The notes beneath the pieces are model-generated. The model was given only the letters and a program-made list of their open reading frames with translations, searched no databases and had not been told where the DNA came from. From Nitrospirales bacterium (GTDB taxonomy: Bacteria > Nitrospirota > Nitrospiria > Nitrospirales > UBA8639), in the NCBI GenBank assembly GCA_965203295.1, contig CBDBCZ010000013.1, positions 320,001 to 384,000 on the forward strand: a DNA stretch of 64,000 bases, written 5' to 3'. This document shows positions 61,867 to 64,000 of the stretch, piece by piece. Positions within the stretch are counted from its first letter, which is position 1. Each line of letters starts with the position of its first letter. The position numbers were made by a program, and so were the translations under genes.

Positions 61867-62869
61867 CACATTGTACATTACACTGTGTAAAAATTGTTGT
61901 CTTTATAATCTGCCTGAATTTTTTGTACTCAACATATATGAGCGAGTCTGTTGTGTTGAAAATGTACTGCTCGGTATACACATAATACATGTATGGTGTG
62001 CATCCTTATTTTTATACATAATTATTATTAAGCAGTCTTCAAAGTTCTCTTTTAGAATGTTCAGACAGTCTCAAAAGCACCTGAACAAACTCACTGAGAC
62101 TGCTGACTTGAAATCCTGTCACAACACAGCAGGGAATGTACTAAAAATATGCATATTTTGTTTAACCAGGCACCCATATAATTGTTAATACATGTAAGTG
62201 CACCTGCAACTTTTCTGCTTGCAGCTGCATGCCAACAATTATTATTATGACATTAAGGTAATTTTTTAATTTGATGGGCAGTGTCGTTCCAGCTGACCAG
62301 GCCTTCAGCCTTTCGGGCAACTATCCGCTGTGGTATGGGGGTCCGGTCCTCACGTTACACTTCAGAAATCAAGGGAGGAAGGGACCCTATGCCGCTCTGT
62401 GAAAAAGAACATTCAATTGCGTATGGGTTTGCTGTGCTTGTGGCTTATGCCGGAATTTAATGGGACAGCAGTTAGTGGCTTCACCCACCCCTGATCCAGG
62501 CACCCCGGATGACAAGATAAGAAAGGCCTACCGTATTAAATCTGCAGTGGCAGTCTACCTATGATTAGGCCACTCCTATGTATATCAGATCGGTATACGA
62601 TCAGGCCTCTCCCTTGCATATTTAGACTATATGTATATACACCATCTGCTTTTGGTATAGATAATATAGCTTTGGGAGGTTGGCAGTCTTCTGTGCTGTA
62701 TATTCGAGCTTGATACGTACTACATGTGTATGGGTTTTAGAAATTGATATTAATTCAGCAGCTTCGTGATTAGCCTAATTTATGCATGCATCGCATTGTC
62801 ACATCTGCCTTTCTCCATATTACACATCGAGACAAATAACATTTGTAGCTGCTCTATAGCACATATTTC

Positions 62870-63636
62870 CTCATTCCTGGTGCACCCTGACAAGAACCTC
62901 AATGAGAAAGACTGGGCACAGAAAGTTTTCAAACATGAGCAAAAAAAGCTAATCTGTCATCCGAGATGACCGCTTTTGTAGTAAGTGTGTCACATGTAAA
63001 TTGTGTTCCTATATAGCACTACCTCTTGCTCTGTCCTGGCAGTACAACAGCTGTTCAGCGAAACACTGACCAAGCTGTTTGCAGACCTGGACATCAAGAA
63101 ACGGCAGCTGGAAGAACGGGATCAGAGTGAGAGGTGCGTCACCTCGTCCCAGGCTCTCCAATGGCGTCTGATATTTTTCATACATCTAGCTTTAATTCTG
63201 TTCGACCTATAATTACCGTAGTAAGTTCTTCCAAGACTGCTAAAGCATACATGTTAGACCTTTCATAGTAAGCTTTGTCTAGTTTATAGCTAGGTGACTA
63301 AGTAATCTCATACCCAGACACTCTACTCACACTATAGTGACTATAAGTTGTAATTGACCTCTTATTAAGTAACTTAGTCGTTTTGTGAAATTACTCTCCA
63401 CTCCTCCCTCCCTCTCTCTCCCCCTCCCTCCCTCCCTCCCTGTCTTTTACTGTATATCTATCTGTCTCTTTATATATATACTTATATATATACTATATAC
63501 TTTCTTTCTCCCTCCCCCTTCCCAGGAAGCGCCAACAGCTGGAAAAGCTTACAACAGAAGGGTAGCCAGAAGAATTCGAAGGCCAAGACAAACAGGAATG
63601 AAGCCACCAAAGTTGAAGCAGGAGAAGAGAACCTGA
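62870..63636 (+). pseudogene. DNAJC8: DNAJC8-like J-domain gene relic with introns
   Basis: LVHPDKNLNEKDWAQKVF, TKLFADLDIKKRQLEERDQSER|KRQ, NSWKSLQ and MKPPKLKQEKRT resemble successive DNAJC8 motifs as recalled, but separated by deletions, frameshifts and stops. Confidence 0.7.
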
Positions 63637-64000
63637 TACGTATCAGGTCCCTGAGACTGTCACTCCAGCTGATAGCTATTGAGATCTCCTAAGTTATTAT
63701 GGCAGCTGCTGCTTCGTGCAGTTTTCAAATTCTCACTTCCTCTTGCCCTATTTCTCTTGTGATTACTAGCAATGTATTGTTTTGTGACAATTAAGTTCTT
63801 CTGACAGGTACACTAAATATGACTTCTTTTGTTGGCCACCAGGAATGATTGTTGTGCATATACCACAACATTGAGATCTGGCAGCTAGACTACAGAACTT
63901 CTTCAGTTTTGTGATTATGCAGCCATATCCATGTGCATGAGGTTCAGAAAAGTGAAGTAGCTACACTGAGACAATAGGTTTTAATGTTCAGGATGGGATA

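Overview
Eukaryotic, intron-containing and very TE-rich DNA. The gene families and repeat types suggest a demosponge (inference). Genes: (1) the last four exons of an OXR1/NCOA7-type TLDc gene (862-3416, +); (2) two paralogous two-exon genes on the minus strand for a secreted, Cys-rich, probably GPI-anchored protein, produced by a local segmental duplication that also left a broken TLDc exon; (3) a ~1230-aa Pmp-repeat/multi-pass membrane receptor-like gene, split in frame by a 4.9-kb CACAG...CTGTG foldback element whose arms are mutually inverted 98-bp and 77-bp satellites; (4) a three-exon gene predicted to join an MGCxxS acylation motif, an FN3 domain and a PARP-like ADP-ribosyltransferase domain; (5) a DNAJC8-like pseudogene. 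The rest is a nest of non-autonomous DNA transposons, many with readable TSDs (Ginger-, Kolobok-, AcademH-, hAT-, Sola-, MULE- and Helentron-like), decayed Gypsy and Tc1/mariner-like coding relics, an ~8-kb modular duplication block, and a ~5-kb 28-bp minisatellite interrupted by TIR elements at nearly the same unit position. No CRISPR array, rRNA or tRNA was recognised. All coordinates were read by eye and all family assignments rest on motif recognition, not database searches.
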